NCBI GenBank assembly: GCA_036172245.1
Contig: JAYWIR010000013.1
Location: forward strand, 3,658,001 to 3,722,000
DNA: 64,000 nt
DNA from: Raillietiella orientalis
Lineage: Eukaryota
Reading direction: 5' to 3'
Shown here: in pieces, positions 1 to 12,400 of the stretch
Position numbering within the stretch: position 1 is the first letter of the stretch
Layout of the letters: every line of letters starts with the position of its first letter
Notes under the pieces: model-generated
Database searches by the model: none
Told to the model about the DNA's origin: nothing
What the model saw: the letters and a program-made list of their open reading frames with translations, nothing else
Made by a program: the position numbers and the translations under genes

Positions 1-2530
1 GCTGGCTGTCCCACTGCAGCGTCCGCAAGTTCATTAGCATGGTTCGAGAGGCATTCGTAACATCTGTTACATGCACTCCACACTCTTTGCCCCCAGTCAG
101 GTTCTGCAGTTGGTGCAAAGAGAGACAGTTTTGGTGCGGTTTTGAAATCAAACTTTCGAAACATTACAAATAACATTAATAATGAAAAACAGCAAAGATT
201 ATTCTTTTCAACTTCACATGAATCCCACAATCCTTACCCATATCAGCCATGAATCAACGGTTCCAAAAAGGCATCTTTTATCTTTTATTGCTTCCGGTAA
301 ATTAGGGACATTTTCAAATAACCAACATAACTTTACTGAACTAAAGTACGTGCTCAGTGGAAGTCCACACAATTCCAAAAAATGATCATGTTTTTTACTA
401 GAGGTACGAGTAGTTAAAGTTTCAACTAAGTTAGCTGTACGAACGTCATTCCAAACTGAAGGATGAAACATATGGATGGCAAACAGAAAATCGAACAAAA
501 CAATAATCCACACAAATAATTAATGAAAAAAAATTAATGCGAATTATTCATTACGAAAAGACATGTTAGTTTCTTTCTAAAGGCAAAGTCAACTCCGCGT
601 ACAATTACAAAATACTTTCTCTCTCTCAAGATTTCCAGGAATCGGCACACTGTGTACCAAAATGCAAAATACAAGAGTGTCTCCTGGTCTCGGGAAAGTT
701 TACATTTCGACATCATAACGAACATGGGGATAAAGCAAAACTTTTACCTATGGCATTATAATAAGGCAATCCAGTATACTTGTCCCACAGAATGGTCGTC
801 TCTCTTTGATTCGTTAAACCAATTGTTTTTACATCTTCTAAATTGATGTCGAGTTGCCTCAAATTTTCTGCAACTTTTTGCAAGCATTCTTCAACTGATG
901 ACAGAATTTCTAATGGCTTTTGCTCAACCCAGCCAACTTCGGGATAATGACTAGTTAGTTGAACTTGGTGATATGTAATTACCTCAAAGGTGGAACACGA
1001 AAAAACCTGGTTGGGGGACACACATGGAGTATTAAAGGGTAAAGTTCACCTGTATGCACAACACAGTATTTTAATCGAAACTAATGATTAAAATTTTGTC
1101 ATTAAACGAAAACATATGAAACAAACGGTTAAAACGACCATAATCACAAGATCTGAATCGACAACTGTATGTGTGTGTATCGAGAATGCCGAGTTGACTG
1201 TTTCAACAGGTCACATATTAGTCCATTTCGTCTTTTGTCGAGATATTCAGTTACCTGATTTGCTATTCAGATCACTTGGCCATAAACAAGCAACAGCACA
1301 GAATAGTGGGAATGTATCCTACTGTAATCACTATAAGGAGAAATCAAATTTCGTAATTTTGTTGTTCTACACTTCAAATCTTTATTTTTACTGCATATAA
1401 TCCATAGTTCTCAAATGCCATGCTTTGATTTTCCAAGCTTGTTAAATCCAAATGCCCTTCTCCAAACAGAATTTACTAGGGTCTCTCAAACCTACAATTA
1501 TTCGATAAATAACCTTTTGCTTCAAATTCTTTTAATCCAAAAAGCATTATCTACAATCAATAGCAAAAGGGAAATTGCACATCATGTGACTCTTTGGCTT
1601 CAAATATTGACTATAAAGGAATAAGAAAAAATGAAAGGCTCACAAAATAAATCCTTAATTTTCATGAGAAACTAACATTTCAGGAATATTATCCAGATAA
1701 GTACCCCAACATTTTAATGCACACACATTCACATAAAGAATTACTATGCAAATTTTATCAATTCCATTTAAATTTCTTTTATTGTTTCAAAATCATATCA
1801 AATATTGTATCATTTTTGAAATAGAAGAACCAATTAGAAAGCTTGAATTCCACATGACATGACCTGGCTATAAGCAAAAATCATGCCACCATGTATGCTT
1901 TGAGAGCCAGAGTTTATGGGCAGACACCGAGATCAACAGATGTATTTCAAGAAGCATAGAAAAACAATCAGGATATCTTTAACATCATGATTTCACAAAG
2001 CAAATTAAGTCCTGTCATGAAACATAATCAATTAAGGAATTCATTAGATACAGCAATAATAATACTTTTCATATTTTATTTTCATTTATTGGCATCCTCA
2101 AATAAATACAATACAGTTTTTAAACATCTTTTTAATGAAATCTTCTTTCATTAAGGATGCGTGGCTTGACAATAAGCTTTGAAACGTATGGCTTAATTCC
2201 TGAATGTGATTTCTCACAGGTGCAAATTTTCATATGGTGGAAGTTATTAATTCTGAGCATGATTGAAACTTTAAATTTATCAAACATCCAAATGGAAGTA
2301 CTTTCATGCAATAGTTAGGCTTTCAAGATTTGCTAATCCCCTATTGAATATTGTGTTCCTCAACTTTAATTCCTGTTCAATATGTTTTTATAAGGAGAAA
2401 CAATGTTACAGATGATGCATGTACACTTGCCTTATACAAACAGAGAATGACTTACCAAAAACCTAGTACTGCTAGTACCTTGATCAATTGCTCCCACGAG
2501 AGGGCCATAGGCACTGGATGTTTTATTCAT
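1..2530 (-). CDS. GK: Glycerol kinase, first four coding exons (gene continues beyond the left edge)
   Basis: Exons 2530-2456 ([25 protein letters not shown]), 1006-748 (VFS...GWVEQKP...[18 protein letters not shown]...YNAI), 455-238 (VWNDVRT...[16 protein letters not shown]...[10 protein letters not shown]) and 103-1 (NLTGG...[16 protein letters not shown]). These carry FGGY-family glycerol kinase motifs. All junctions are GT-AG and in phase. Confidence 0.96.
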
Positions 2531-3329
2531 TATGAAGCTATATCTTAGATATATCTCAATATGTCTTAAAAAAATTCCACTAATTCATTATGGCATTATG
2601 TAATGCATTACTCGAAATACTTACATGAGTACTTATGTATGTCTATTAAAATGGATAATTTTCTGCTTGACTCGGCAGACTCTCATTAGAACAGGTGATT
2701 AAAAAACAATACACTGAATTCCTGCATGGATTGGAAACTCAAAACTTGAAAATTTCTGAGCTATTTGGCTTCGGATCTGAAAAACGATTTCCATAAATAA
2801 TTTATTCATCAAACGTGAAGTTAAATGGGCGATAAAATGCATCACAATAAAAATAATGTCCTTAATGTTAAGATGAAACTTTTCACTCTATACAACACAA
2901 GATTCAAACAGCAAGGGTTTAGGAGAACAGGATTCCCAATAGAATTTAATCATTAAGACCGAAGAACAGCAACACCATTGAAAACACATTACAGTCACTT
3001 CTTTTAAGCTCTGGAAAAATGTTATCTATGCCTTAAATTGTTTTCAGAATTTTTAAAGAATTAAACAGCCAAATTGCAGCGCGCAGAAACATCGAAGGCA
3101 TTTGTCAACTCCACAAAGGCAATTGTTATTATTGGAAACAATAGGACAAATTCCATTCTACAAGTTTATTTTCATTCTACGTTCTCATCCGCACGCGGCA
3201 AATGTTCTGCTTCCGAAGATCCAAATATCGGAATTATGGCATTCAGCACACATTCGAAAACCACATGTCAGTTAAAACACTCTTGAATGAATTTTTAGCT
3301 ATTTTACAGTTTAGATACAATCAAAGATG

Positions 3330-5950
3330 CAAAACATTCCCAAAAGAGACTCATTGAAACTTTCGCAAATGTGAAATTGAATCCGCAAACTCCTCTACAA
3401 CTTTTGATACCGGTGAAAAATTAATGTTAAATGAAATGCAGTAGGATATAAGTTTGATGTTTTTGCAATGGCAACAAACTAAATTGCCCAAGTTGTACCC
3501 ACTTGCTGGTGCATGTATTTTAAAATTTTCAATATACTCTATAATCTCCACATTCCAGGAAAAGTGTTTGCGTTGCTTTCTTGTGTAAAGATTTTTGTGT
3601 AAATATAATGCCGTGTCAATGCTATGCTATGTCCTTTAGGAGGGATGATGTGCATCCTTGAGTATTGACATGGGGAGAACATCTATGGCTTTAGCCGATT
3701 TTATGAAATGTTTCATGAAGCTTCGGTGCGGGCGTAGTTTGGTCACTGCAAAAAAGTTTTCCAGTTCCGACTTTCTATCCTTCACCCTTAATCAATTCAT
3801 TTAAATCGAATGGCCACCGAATTATCAGAGTTTATGTTGAAACGGTTTTGTTATACATCTCTGAGATACTTCTTTCTTCTCCTTCTTCCAGACAAGAGCC
3901 TTCTTCATTACTCTCAGGGGGTCATCTGGGTGACCGTATATTCATGCTGGTCAGAAGTCACAAGCCTGGTGAGGAGTTCATTCATATCTTAGTGAGGTTA
4001 GGCTCATCCATCGTGAGTCTTCTGAGCTACGGTTCCTTTTTTCTGCAAAATGGATCTGTATAGTGGCTGGAAGCTGATGGGAGAGCTCGGTAGTAATCTT
4101 TATATGGGATGATAACAAGGCTTATAAGTTTCCTAAGAATCCATTACTCTTTTCCCAAAGCATCTTCGTTCCAGTCACCCAGAGTTTCCAAGAAACGATC
4201 GCTTTCTCAAGTCGAGGAACCACTGGCGAATTTGTTAGACGGCAATTACTCCATCCGAATCATTTTCCAAATTAAGTCGACAGAATCCGATACGCCTTGA
4301 ATCTAACATTCACTTCTGGAAGCTCGACATCATGCGATGATACTAGAGTCTTCCTTTCCAAATAGATGCAATTTCGGAGGGACACGACGAACGAATTCTG
4401 CTCTTTTTTTTCAAACAGGAATGACAGAGCCACCTCCACTCCAGCTAATCGAGGCAACACTAAGTGGATTTGCCTCCTTACTGGGTCAGTAGTGTGGCAC
4501 TTCCGATCTTTACGAAGGCTACAAGTTTCTAGGCTCTACATTCCGGAACTCTTGAATCCACAGTGTCAGCCACTAAGTCTAATGTTTTCTCCCAAGTTTC
4601 CAGAGTATACATTCACGCTCTGATTCTTGATTGGGGCACTAAATAAACCGTCTGGCTTTCATAAGGGCAAAGTTCGTTAACCATTGAGACCCGAAGTTCT
4701 CTACCCTCTCGAAGAATCGAGGAAATGTCCAGTAAAGAATCTTGGAAGTCGATTCAAAATGCTGCGAAAGAGGGGAAAGCGGCTACAACGAGAGATGCTC
4801 CGTGGAAAGCCTTCGTTTTAGAATCCGAGGATCCCCTTTGCTCGTTGCTCTCACTCTGTAGAAAGAGAGAAGAAATTCAGCCGGAAGAGAGGAGAGTCCT
4901 CTGGCTGCAGTGCCTGCATTCGCGTTTTCAAATGAACATGCAGTAGGGAGGGAAGGAAGAAAAGTGAGCTCGTGGCACAACGAAACCACACTAGTGGAAT
5001 GAGATCAAATAAATAAGATTGGCCCGCGCCGGAGGCCACTTGGCTGCAATCTCCGCAAGGCGTGGCATCGAGCTTCGCGGGTTCGAATACTCGGAAAGAA
5101 TCGAAGTCGAGAGATGGGGTGCGCCATAGGTTCGAGTTCCTCCTGCTATATGACGCTGGTCAGCCTCTGTTTATTCGGGTGCGGCACCGGTAGCGCTTCA
5201 AACCGGATACCCCTGATGAGTAGCCGAGATTGAGAGTCGACCTTCCGGGGTCCTTTCAGGGAACAGAATCAGGAGGCTCTTTTGTTTCTGATCCAGGGAA
5301 GAGGTAGTCGTGGTTAATGAGACCACCTGGAGCAAGGAGGAAAAATGAGGGCGACAGCAGCGCTCTTCAGCTTCGCGGAGAGCCAGCGATACTTTGCCCT
5401 TCATCCCTTCATCGAAGTCGTCGACACACTGCCGGTCGATCGTCGGGTAGCACCGTCGGACGACGGAAAGGCCGGGGCACACCCTCTCACCCCACGGGAC
5501 GATTCCCACGCCAATCACTGGAGTTTTCCTCCTCGTCGATCTCTGGCTAAGATCTACCGACCGAGAGGCTGCATAAGAAAAGGGAGAAGGGAGTCTCTGC
5601 TCTTCCTGGATCGAGTTCGTACCCTTCTTCTAGCTCGAATCAGTCGCTTTTTTGGGAGGAGAGGGCGATCCGCTTGACCTCCTGGGTGGGCCTCGCATCA
5701 TCCTCCGGAGCGCCTGAGAAGCGCTGGTGTCCCCCCGTTTCTAGAGAGTTCCTTCCCGGAAGTTCGATTTCCACCCGGACACGCCAGGGCGTTGCTCAGA
5801 ATTTCAAGAAGAAGCTCGTAGGACGTGCGTGTCGGCCCTACCACACTCCGCTTGTCCACGGACCTTCCAGATCGCCGGTGCGAGACCGGCGAAGGTCACC
5901 TCGGCAGCGGTGCGAGAACGGGAGAAAAACACAAAGGAAAAAGGAAGAGT
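3330..5950 (-). mobile_element. Degenerate L1/Tx1-like non-LTR retrotransposon remnant A (APE endonuclease plus RT thumb)
   Basis: Minus-strand translation gives ERTPEGRLSI (APE 'DPEGR' motif, ~5240) and YRILST*FG...PRLEKAIVSWKLW (RT thumb-like, ~4150-4300). DNA at 5030-5290 is visibly homologous to 11760-12000, 49730-49910 and, inverted, 7430-7560. Many stops and frameshifts. Ends are approximate. Confidence 0.5.
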
Positions 5951-6439
5951 AAATAAAAATAAATAAAAACCTTTTCGGGAGGGAAGGGGAGGAGACCACC
6001 GGCCGCTGGAGAAAGTCCTCTAGGATTTCGTTCCGGCATCCTGGAACGTCCTAGGTCCTAGGTCCGTCCGAATAGGTGCCGGGTGGGGCCGTCCGGTCGG
6101 TATCCGCGGAAGGCAAACTGCGAGCTGGACGGCGTCCCGTCCGCTTCTTCCTCCGTCGGTTTCGCTTTTCTTCTCCATCCCTCCGACGGCCTCGACTCCG
6201 CGGAAACAGCGAAGGGCTGCTTCCAGGGCGGGCCGCGGCCGGATGCAGGGCGTCCCGCACAAAGAGGAGCCGTGAAACGTCCTTGAGGAGGGTGCCAACC
6301 GGGATCCGGATGTCGGATGGGAGGACGGGGAAAGGGGGGAAGGAGCATGGGTGATCTCCGTCATCGCCGGCCAGTGCGCCTTCCCGCGGCTCCTGGTTTT
6401 CCGCAGCAGTCGATGACCTGCCATCCGTCGGATGCGTCC

Positions 6440-8500
6440 TCGTCAGTCAACTGCGGTTGAGGACCACGGTCGGGCGCTCCGCGCAAGAGAGGCGTTCCGG
6501 ATATGGGGGGGTCGATGATGACGTTTCAGGAGGGGGAACCTGGCGCTGCCGCGCCACTTGAGGAGGCCGGTGGGCGGTTGGGAAACTCGCGGCGTGGGTC
6601 CGCGGACACGGTGGCGCGCACGAGGGAGCCGTGGAGCCACCTACCCGGGGGAGGAGTCGGGCGAAGGCGCTGTGCCGCGACAGGCGCGCGGCCCCAGCGG
6701 GCGGGTCCTCGCCCTTGCCGCCCAAGGTCATCCTGCGGGTGTCGCTCTCGTACTCCTGGGAGCAGTGCCTCGAACGGTCGCTCCCGGGAGCCGTCGCAAC
6801 ATGCCGGCCTGCCAACCGCGCACATGCGCAGGGCAGCGGGCGGAGGGGTGGGGGACGAGTGGGAAGGGCAGGTGTGGTGGGTGGTGGCCCCCGGGCTTCC
6901 AGGTGTGCCACTGCTCGACACCTCTGTGCAACGCCAGCTTGGAAGACATGCCAGAGGTGCCCTTGGTGGTGGAGAACCGTTCGCGCCTTCCCCTGAGGTG
7001 GCGGCAGTCGACGCAGCGGACGTGGCGCCGGGCACTCCTCCTTGGGCTGCGTGCCACTGCCGCCGCTATCGGACGAGAGGGAGTGTCGCGTCGAGCTGCT
7101 CCGGGAGCAGGGGAAGGGAGCGTTCCCCATGAAGGAGCCCGTTCCTCTTACGCTTGGGAAGGAATCCCGAAGGGAACCACCTCTTCCTCGTTCTTCCTGG
7201 AGGAACCTCCCAGAATGATCCGATCCTGGGATTTCTTCTCCGAAGGGAACCCGGAAGGGACCCACTCTTTATATCCTCCTCCTCCGAAGGGAACCCGAAA
7301 GGGGGTTTCTCGATTTCCCCAAAGAGCTGCTCCCCGAATTGTAGCAGCTCGCTTCTTGCAAACTGGAAAGGCGATCATCCGAAGGGGGTACCAACCTGCA
7401 TGGTACAAGGGGGGTACCTCCATGGTACGGCTCCATTCTCACAACCGGAGGGGAACCTCCGAGGAAAACCGAAACCCTGATTCCTGGAAGGACCCTGGAG
7501 GGTCAACTTCCAATGCCGGCCAGACAACAGGAGCATCCGGTTTCCACCCGAAGTGGCCGACCAGTCATCCATCCAGCCGGGGAAGGGGGAGGGGAACTCG
7601 AAAGCTCGCCACGACGCCCTCCCCCCTCATTTCTCGGCTGTGTCGATCCTGCATGTGAGGAGGCGAACACGCTGCGCTCGGTGCCACGCCCAGCGGCCGC
7701 CAATTCGGGTGGGGAGAGCCCACGTATCGAACGCACCGCGCCCAGACATACGCAACGCGCCATCTCCGGACGTGTCAGGGATCCAGCAACGGGAGCCACC
7801 AGGGAACTCTTGAGCTGGGAGCTGCGTCGAAACTCTCAGCAGCCAAAGATCGCCGTTTCTGGTCCCGTCTCTTCCAAGTGTATCTCCTTCTATCCCTTCG
7901 CTGGAGGAAACATCGGGCGGGAGCGCTGCGTCGCGGCTCGAGCTGCAGCTGCGAGGACCTTCGGTGGCGACAGGAGCTGCCCCCGCGGTGTGCGCGCGCG
8001 CTGGCGACGGGGCTCCACCGCTTCCTCCGCCCCCTGGCCACCGGCAAAGGGTCGACGGTGTCGTTTCGCTCACTTCGCCAGTTTCTGCCCTTCCCCTCTC
8101 TCTCCCAACCTTGTGAACCGGGAGCGCGTCCCGAGGGCGTCGTTCCTCATCGCACCCAGTGAGTCGCGCATTCCCGGAGGGACTTCCAAGTCCAGCCCGA
8201 GCCCCCTACGAAATGGCGAAATCGATGAAGGATGGGGGTGAGGAGGAAAAAAGGAAGAGACGCTCTCGAAGGAAGAGGATGGGAGGGGGGCACCGTCTCT
8301 GGAAGCATATGGAAAGAGCAAACGTGCATAGTTGTATCAGATGATCTCCATGCCAACGAGGAAATAATCGACCTCGGCAGGATGGGCAACGCGCTACGCA
8401 CCCTCCAGACGCCAAGCACACGGTGGATTTCTGATGCACAAAACCTCGGGCGCGCGTGGGCTCGCCAGGCCTCGGCGCTTTCAGTTTGACCTTCCATCGT
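6440..8500 (+). mobile_element. Degenerate L1/Tx1-like remnant B (ORF1-like region, CCGAAGGG repeat array, endonuclease)
   Basis: ORF1-like fragments (LPPKVILRVSL..., zinc-knuckle-like CHCRRYRTRGSVASSC), a repeat array at 7160-7460, and DSWKDPGG. 7430-7560 aligns with the reverse complement of 11880-12040. Confidence 0.5.
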
Positions 8501-9127
8501 TGCGACTGTTTGAATTCAATGACGTAAGGTGCATCGCAGACGCGTGCCTACGGACAGGAGCGAGGCAAATCACCTGGAGATTGCACGCACATTCAAGGGA
8601 TTCATCATTGGGTCCAATATATATAAGCTGTCGTTTGTTCTACGTATTCCTCATCTTCTGCACCCAACATGGCTATTTAGTTTCTAAACGACTGGAATGA
8701 CGACATTTTTTTTCCAAAGACGTTTTTTTTTTCCGCCGTGAAGTGGCTCAGGGAATTTGCATCCCGTAATCGAAGCGTTCGATCTTTTGCAAGGATCTTC
8801 TAGGGACTCGCGGAGGAAGCTCGGGATTTTGAGTTTTCTGAAATGAAACCGAACCGCAGTCCGTTTTGATTTATGATGATGGTGGATGATGGCCGACAGT
8901 CGAAATGGCCGATTCCCTCCGGAGATTCTCGCGGCCAGGCACGTCTTTCGTTCACAGGAAGAAGGAAAGTCGAAGGCTCGTCAGCATTGGAAAAATCTTC
9001 TGCGTTCGCGGATGGGCCTTGTTTGAATTATTCGACAGGGCAAACTACAAATGCCTTCCAGTAGGAACTTGACCTCGGAGCTAGTGTGCGCGAAGCAGGG
9101 CGAATTTTCTTTCAACACTTGTAAAAT

Positions 9128-9135
9128 TATATAAA
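9128..9135 (+). promoter_or_regulatory. TATA box of the secreted-protein gene
   Basis: TATATAAA 85 nt upstream of the ATG at 9213. Confidence 0.45.
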
Positions 9136-9212
9136 CCAGCCTTCCCGCATTTCTCGCCGCCTATTGCCTTGGTCGCTGCTAGCAGTTTACTGGTCAACCC
9201 GTCTCTCGCGGC

Positions 9213-9880
9213 ATGGAATTCGGGGTGGTAAGTCACGAAACTTTATGGACTGCATCATGAGTGATTTTTAGCTTCTTGGTTTTCTCCTTCTGCTCTCTGG
9301 CTGCGGAAGTGGAGGAGCGCTTTCTCTGCCGGAGTACAAATTGCAGCCGGGGACGCACTACTCTGAAGAAGAACCTTCTCTAATCGTTTTCCCTCTAATA
9401 TACGAAGATGTGATAGCAGACGGCTTTCTTGATGACGACAAAGATTTTTACTTCGACATAATGGATAAGCAGAATAAGAACAAGAAGGCTTCTACAAAAC
9501 TTGCTGCAGTAATAAAAGATATTATCCTCAAAAGGCTATCCGTAGGCGCATGGAAGAAAAAAAGCACCCTGAAAAAGATTGCTAAGCTGGAGGATGCCCG
9601 TGTACCAGCTGGGGTCAAAATGAAAGAAAAAGTAACCGAAGCAGGGAAGGCCATCAAAGAATTCGGAAACTCTTATGCTAAAGCGCAGCAGGAGAAGAAG
9701 GAAACCATTGCATCCGCCATTAGCAAACTAAGAAAAGAATTCTTGGCGTTGTTGATCCCAGAATCCTTTTCACTTGAGAAAACAGTGGAACTTCCCTTAC
9801 CGGAACCGATACCTTTAGACGAAGCAGATGTTTTCTCGGCAGGTGCAGCTTCTTCCAAAGGAGTTTATAGAGACGTGTAG
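9213..9880 (+). CDS. Putative secreted Lys-rich protein of unknown function (about 207 aa, 2 exons)
   Basis: Exon 1 9213-9227 (MEFGV), a 44-nt intron GTAAGT...TTTTTAG (9228-9271), and exon 2 9272-9880 in frame with ORF 9341-9880. Splicing creates the signal-peptide-like N-terminus MEFGVLLGFLLLLSGCGSGGALS. TATA box upstream and AATAAA at 9993-9998. Confidence 0.75.
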
Positions 9881-10218
9881 AGACCTGCTTAAGTCCTTGT
9901 TCTCAATCTATGAAGAATTGAAAATATTCCATCAGTCATCTCGGTCTTGAACAGAGATGAAATACTGCTGATTATTTACTGACCGTAAATTAAATAAAAA
10001 AAAAAAACACTCCCTGAAATGATTGTCTTGTTGGCTTGCTAAACACTTATGTGGGCACTAAACTGAAGTAGAAATCCATGGTTCCAATGTTTTGGGTATT
10101 CTTTTTTTTTATCGAAAAATGTTCAGTACTGAATTACATACGCCAAGTGAGTCTCGGAAGCTGTCTCGGAGAACATCGTTAATTACCGGAGAACCATCTC
10201 CGGAGAAAAAGGAAAGAT

Positions 10219-10275
10219 AATGCGTGTAAGTACGGTAATTGCCGTACTTACACGCATTGTAAGTACGGTAATTAC
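10219..10275. repeat. 17-bp perfect inverted repeat plus partial direct repeat
   Basis: AATGCGTGTAAGTACGG-TAATTG-CCGTACTTACACGCATT followed by GTAAGTACGGTAATT again. Confidence 0.9.
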
Positions 10276-11559
10276 GTTTGACGACGATGGTGAGCCCGCG
10301 GCTCTCCGGATTCTTGTACTCACGCGACTGATGCCACTGTGGGCGACCAGTCCCCATGATGACCGACTTTCGCGACGAGGAAGCGGATCCTGGCTCTGTC
10401 TGTGCCCCGTCGTCGGCAGGACTGGCACCATGGAGAGATGGTGCATCGAAGAGGATGACTACGCGACGACGGTCGAGACCATCCTCTGCGGAGGCGAAAC
10501 CTACCGCAAGCAGTGCGAGCGGAGCCCGGAAGCAGCCCACCGCGCATCGCCTGCCGGCACGTTGGACTCCTCGGACTCAGGGACGGACGGAGGTCTCTTC
10601 TTCGACGACTCGGAGGGCAGGGTCTTGTTGCCCTCCCCAGCGCGACAAGCGCTGGCAGGTTTCGGCGCAGGCGACGGCTCTGGGCCGCGGGAGGATGCCG
10701 CCTGCTTGAATGCGACTCGACCCCCGCAGCGGATGGTTTTTGCCTCTGACCGTCCCGTAGGCTTTTCGACTGTAAGACTTGGCTCCCGAGCCGCCGCTCC
10801 AGCAGCCTGATCACCCCAAAAATACCAAACAAGGCATATGAAAAGCTTTCCCGTAGAGAAAATCGAAATCCATCTAAATGGGGCTCAACGCTGACGTACT
10901 AGTGTGTGTGTCGATACGGTAATTGGAAAAAGAAAGAGTAAATTTTTCATTTTTCAAGTGCTTGAGTGAATCTGAACTGCTATGGAACTGTTTTGAGGTC
11001 TTTTCTCCTTCCATCCCACTGAAAACGCTTTCTTCGTCTTGTTTCATGGGTTGCTCGTGCCTTCCAACAAAATGGGAACTGCAACTGATCCCTTCACAGA
11101 ATAGGGCTTACCCAAAAGGTTCCAGCTGGTCAAGCGTCGTGAACCTATCGCCAACGCACGAACTGCATGTCGTGTTGTGCTTTGCAGCTTGCACCTCAAT
11201 CACGACTTAACCTACGTATTTTGTTGGAGACCTCAGCAAATATTGCTGTGCTCTGCTCATCACCTTTGATTTTCTTGAAAACCGTGATAGGAATTCATCA
11301 AAATTATTACAATAAAAATCCGATGTTTCGAACGGTTTTCTTAGACGTGTCCTGGAGGCTATTTGGCCGTTTCGAAATCCCTGCCATACCCTGTGTTTTG
11401 TCGTTTCGAAATGCACGCAGCGTTTTCTTGTGATTAACACAACCATCTGACATCGATTATCAGTGCATTTGGTACTTGGGGAAATGATTGCGCTGTAGGA
11501 CATCCACCTAATACCAACCAGACCAAACGTTCTTCGTTCTCCAAACGGAAGCAGCAGAT

Positions 11560-12400
11560 CAGGAAATGGCAGGTTTTTCGAGGGCGGCTATTCTGGAGCT
11601 TCGGTAGTTGTTGCCAGACGTCAGCTTCCTCAATTCAAAACGACGGCGAGGGGTCGACTTTCCATCCCTGGTCGAGATGGAATGTCCACAGGAAAGCTTC
11701 CTGCTAAACTCGTGCACCAACCATCCCCTTCTCCTGCGAAATCTGCCTTTGGCCCGCGTCGGAGGCCACGTGGCCGCTGAGGTCTCCGCAAGGCGTGGCA
11801 CCGAGCGTCGCTGGTTCGAATACTCGGAAAGAATCGGCGCCGAGAGATGGGGTGTGAGTCGGGGGTTCGAGTTCCTCCCGCGAGATGACGCTGGTTGGAC
11901 AGCATCCAGGGGCCCGGTAGTGGTTCAAATTGGATGTCCCCGATAAGGGCCGGAACAATGGGAGTCGACCTCCGGGTCCTTCCTGGAATCAAGGAGGTGG
12001 GACCTCCCCCTCCGGTTGTGCAAAGGAGCGGACCCTCCTTCGGTGAAGGACCCTTCCGTGGAGTAGGTGTATCGTCACCTCTCTAGAGTTCAGAGAAGTG
12101 TGCCGCTCCCTTCGGGGAGCACCCTTCTGGGAAATTTCGGAAGCGTTCCTTCAGAGGAGAAGACAGGGAGCAGCTCCCTTGCGGGTTCCCTCTAAAGAAG
12201 AAATTCCTGATTGGGGATCCTTTCCGGGTCCCCTTCGGAGACGAAAACATGGAGCGGACGCCTTTGGGGGTCCTTCCGGAGAGAGTGAGGAGGGTGATTC
12301 GCGTCCGGGTTTCCCTTCGGGGATCCCACCCCAGGCATGAGAGGCGATCCCCTCCCGGGGTACCCCTCATCTTGAAGAGTCAACATGCACCCTCGGGTGG
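11560..12400 (-). mobile_element. Degenerate L1/Tx1-like remnant C (repeat array plus APE endonuclease)
   Basis: NLNHYRAPG...EELEPPTHTPSLGAD resembles the APE 'NVYAP...IILGGDFN' region. DNA is homologous to remnants A and B. CCGAAGGG array at 12040-12340. Confidence 0.6.

Noticed and set aside
7160..7460. Repeat-spacer pattern superficially like a CRISPR array
   Set aside because: Eukaryotic context, repeats short and degenerate with irregular spacing, and no cas genes.
10109..10832. Overlapping 143-196 aa ORFs on both strands
   Set aside because: No recognisable homology and no consistent start or splice model. The true coding frame, if any, cannot be chosen.
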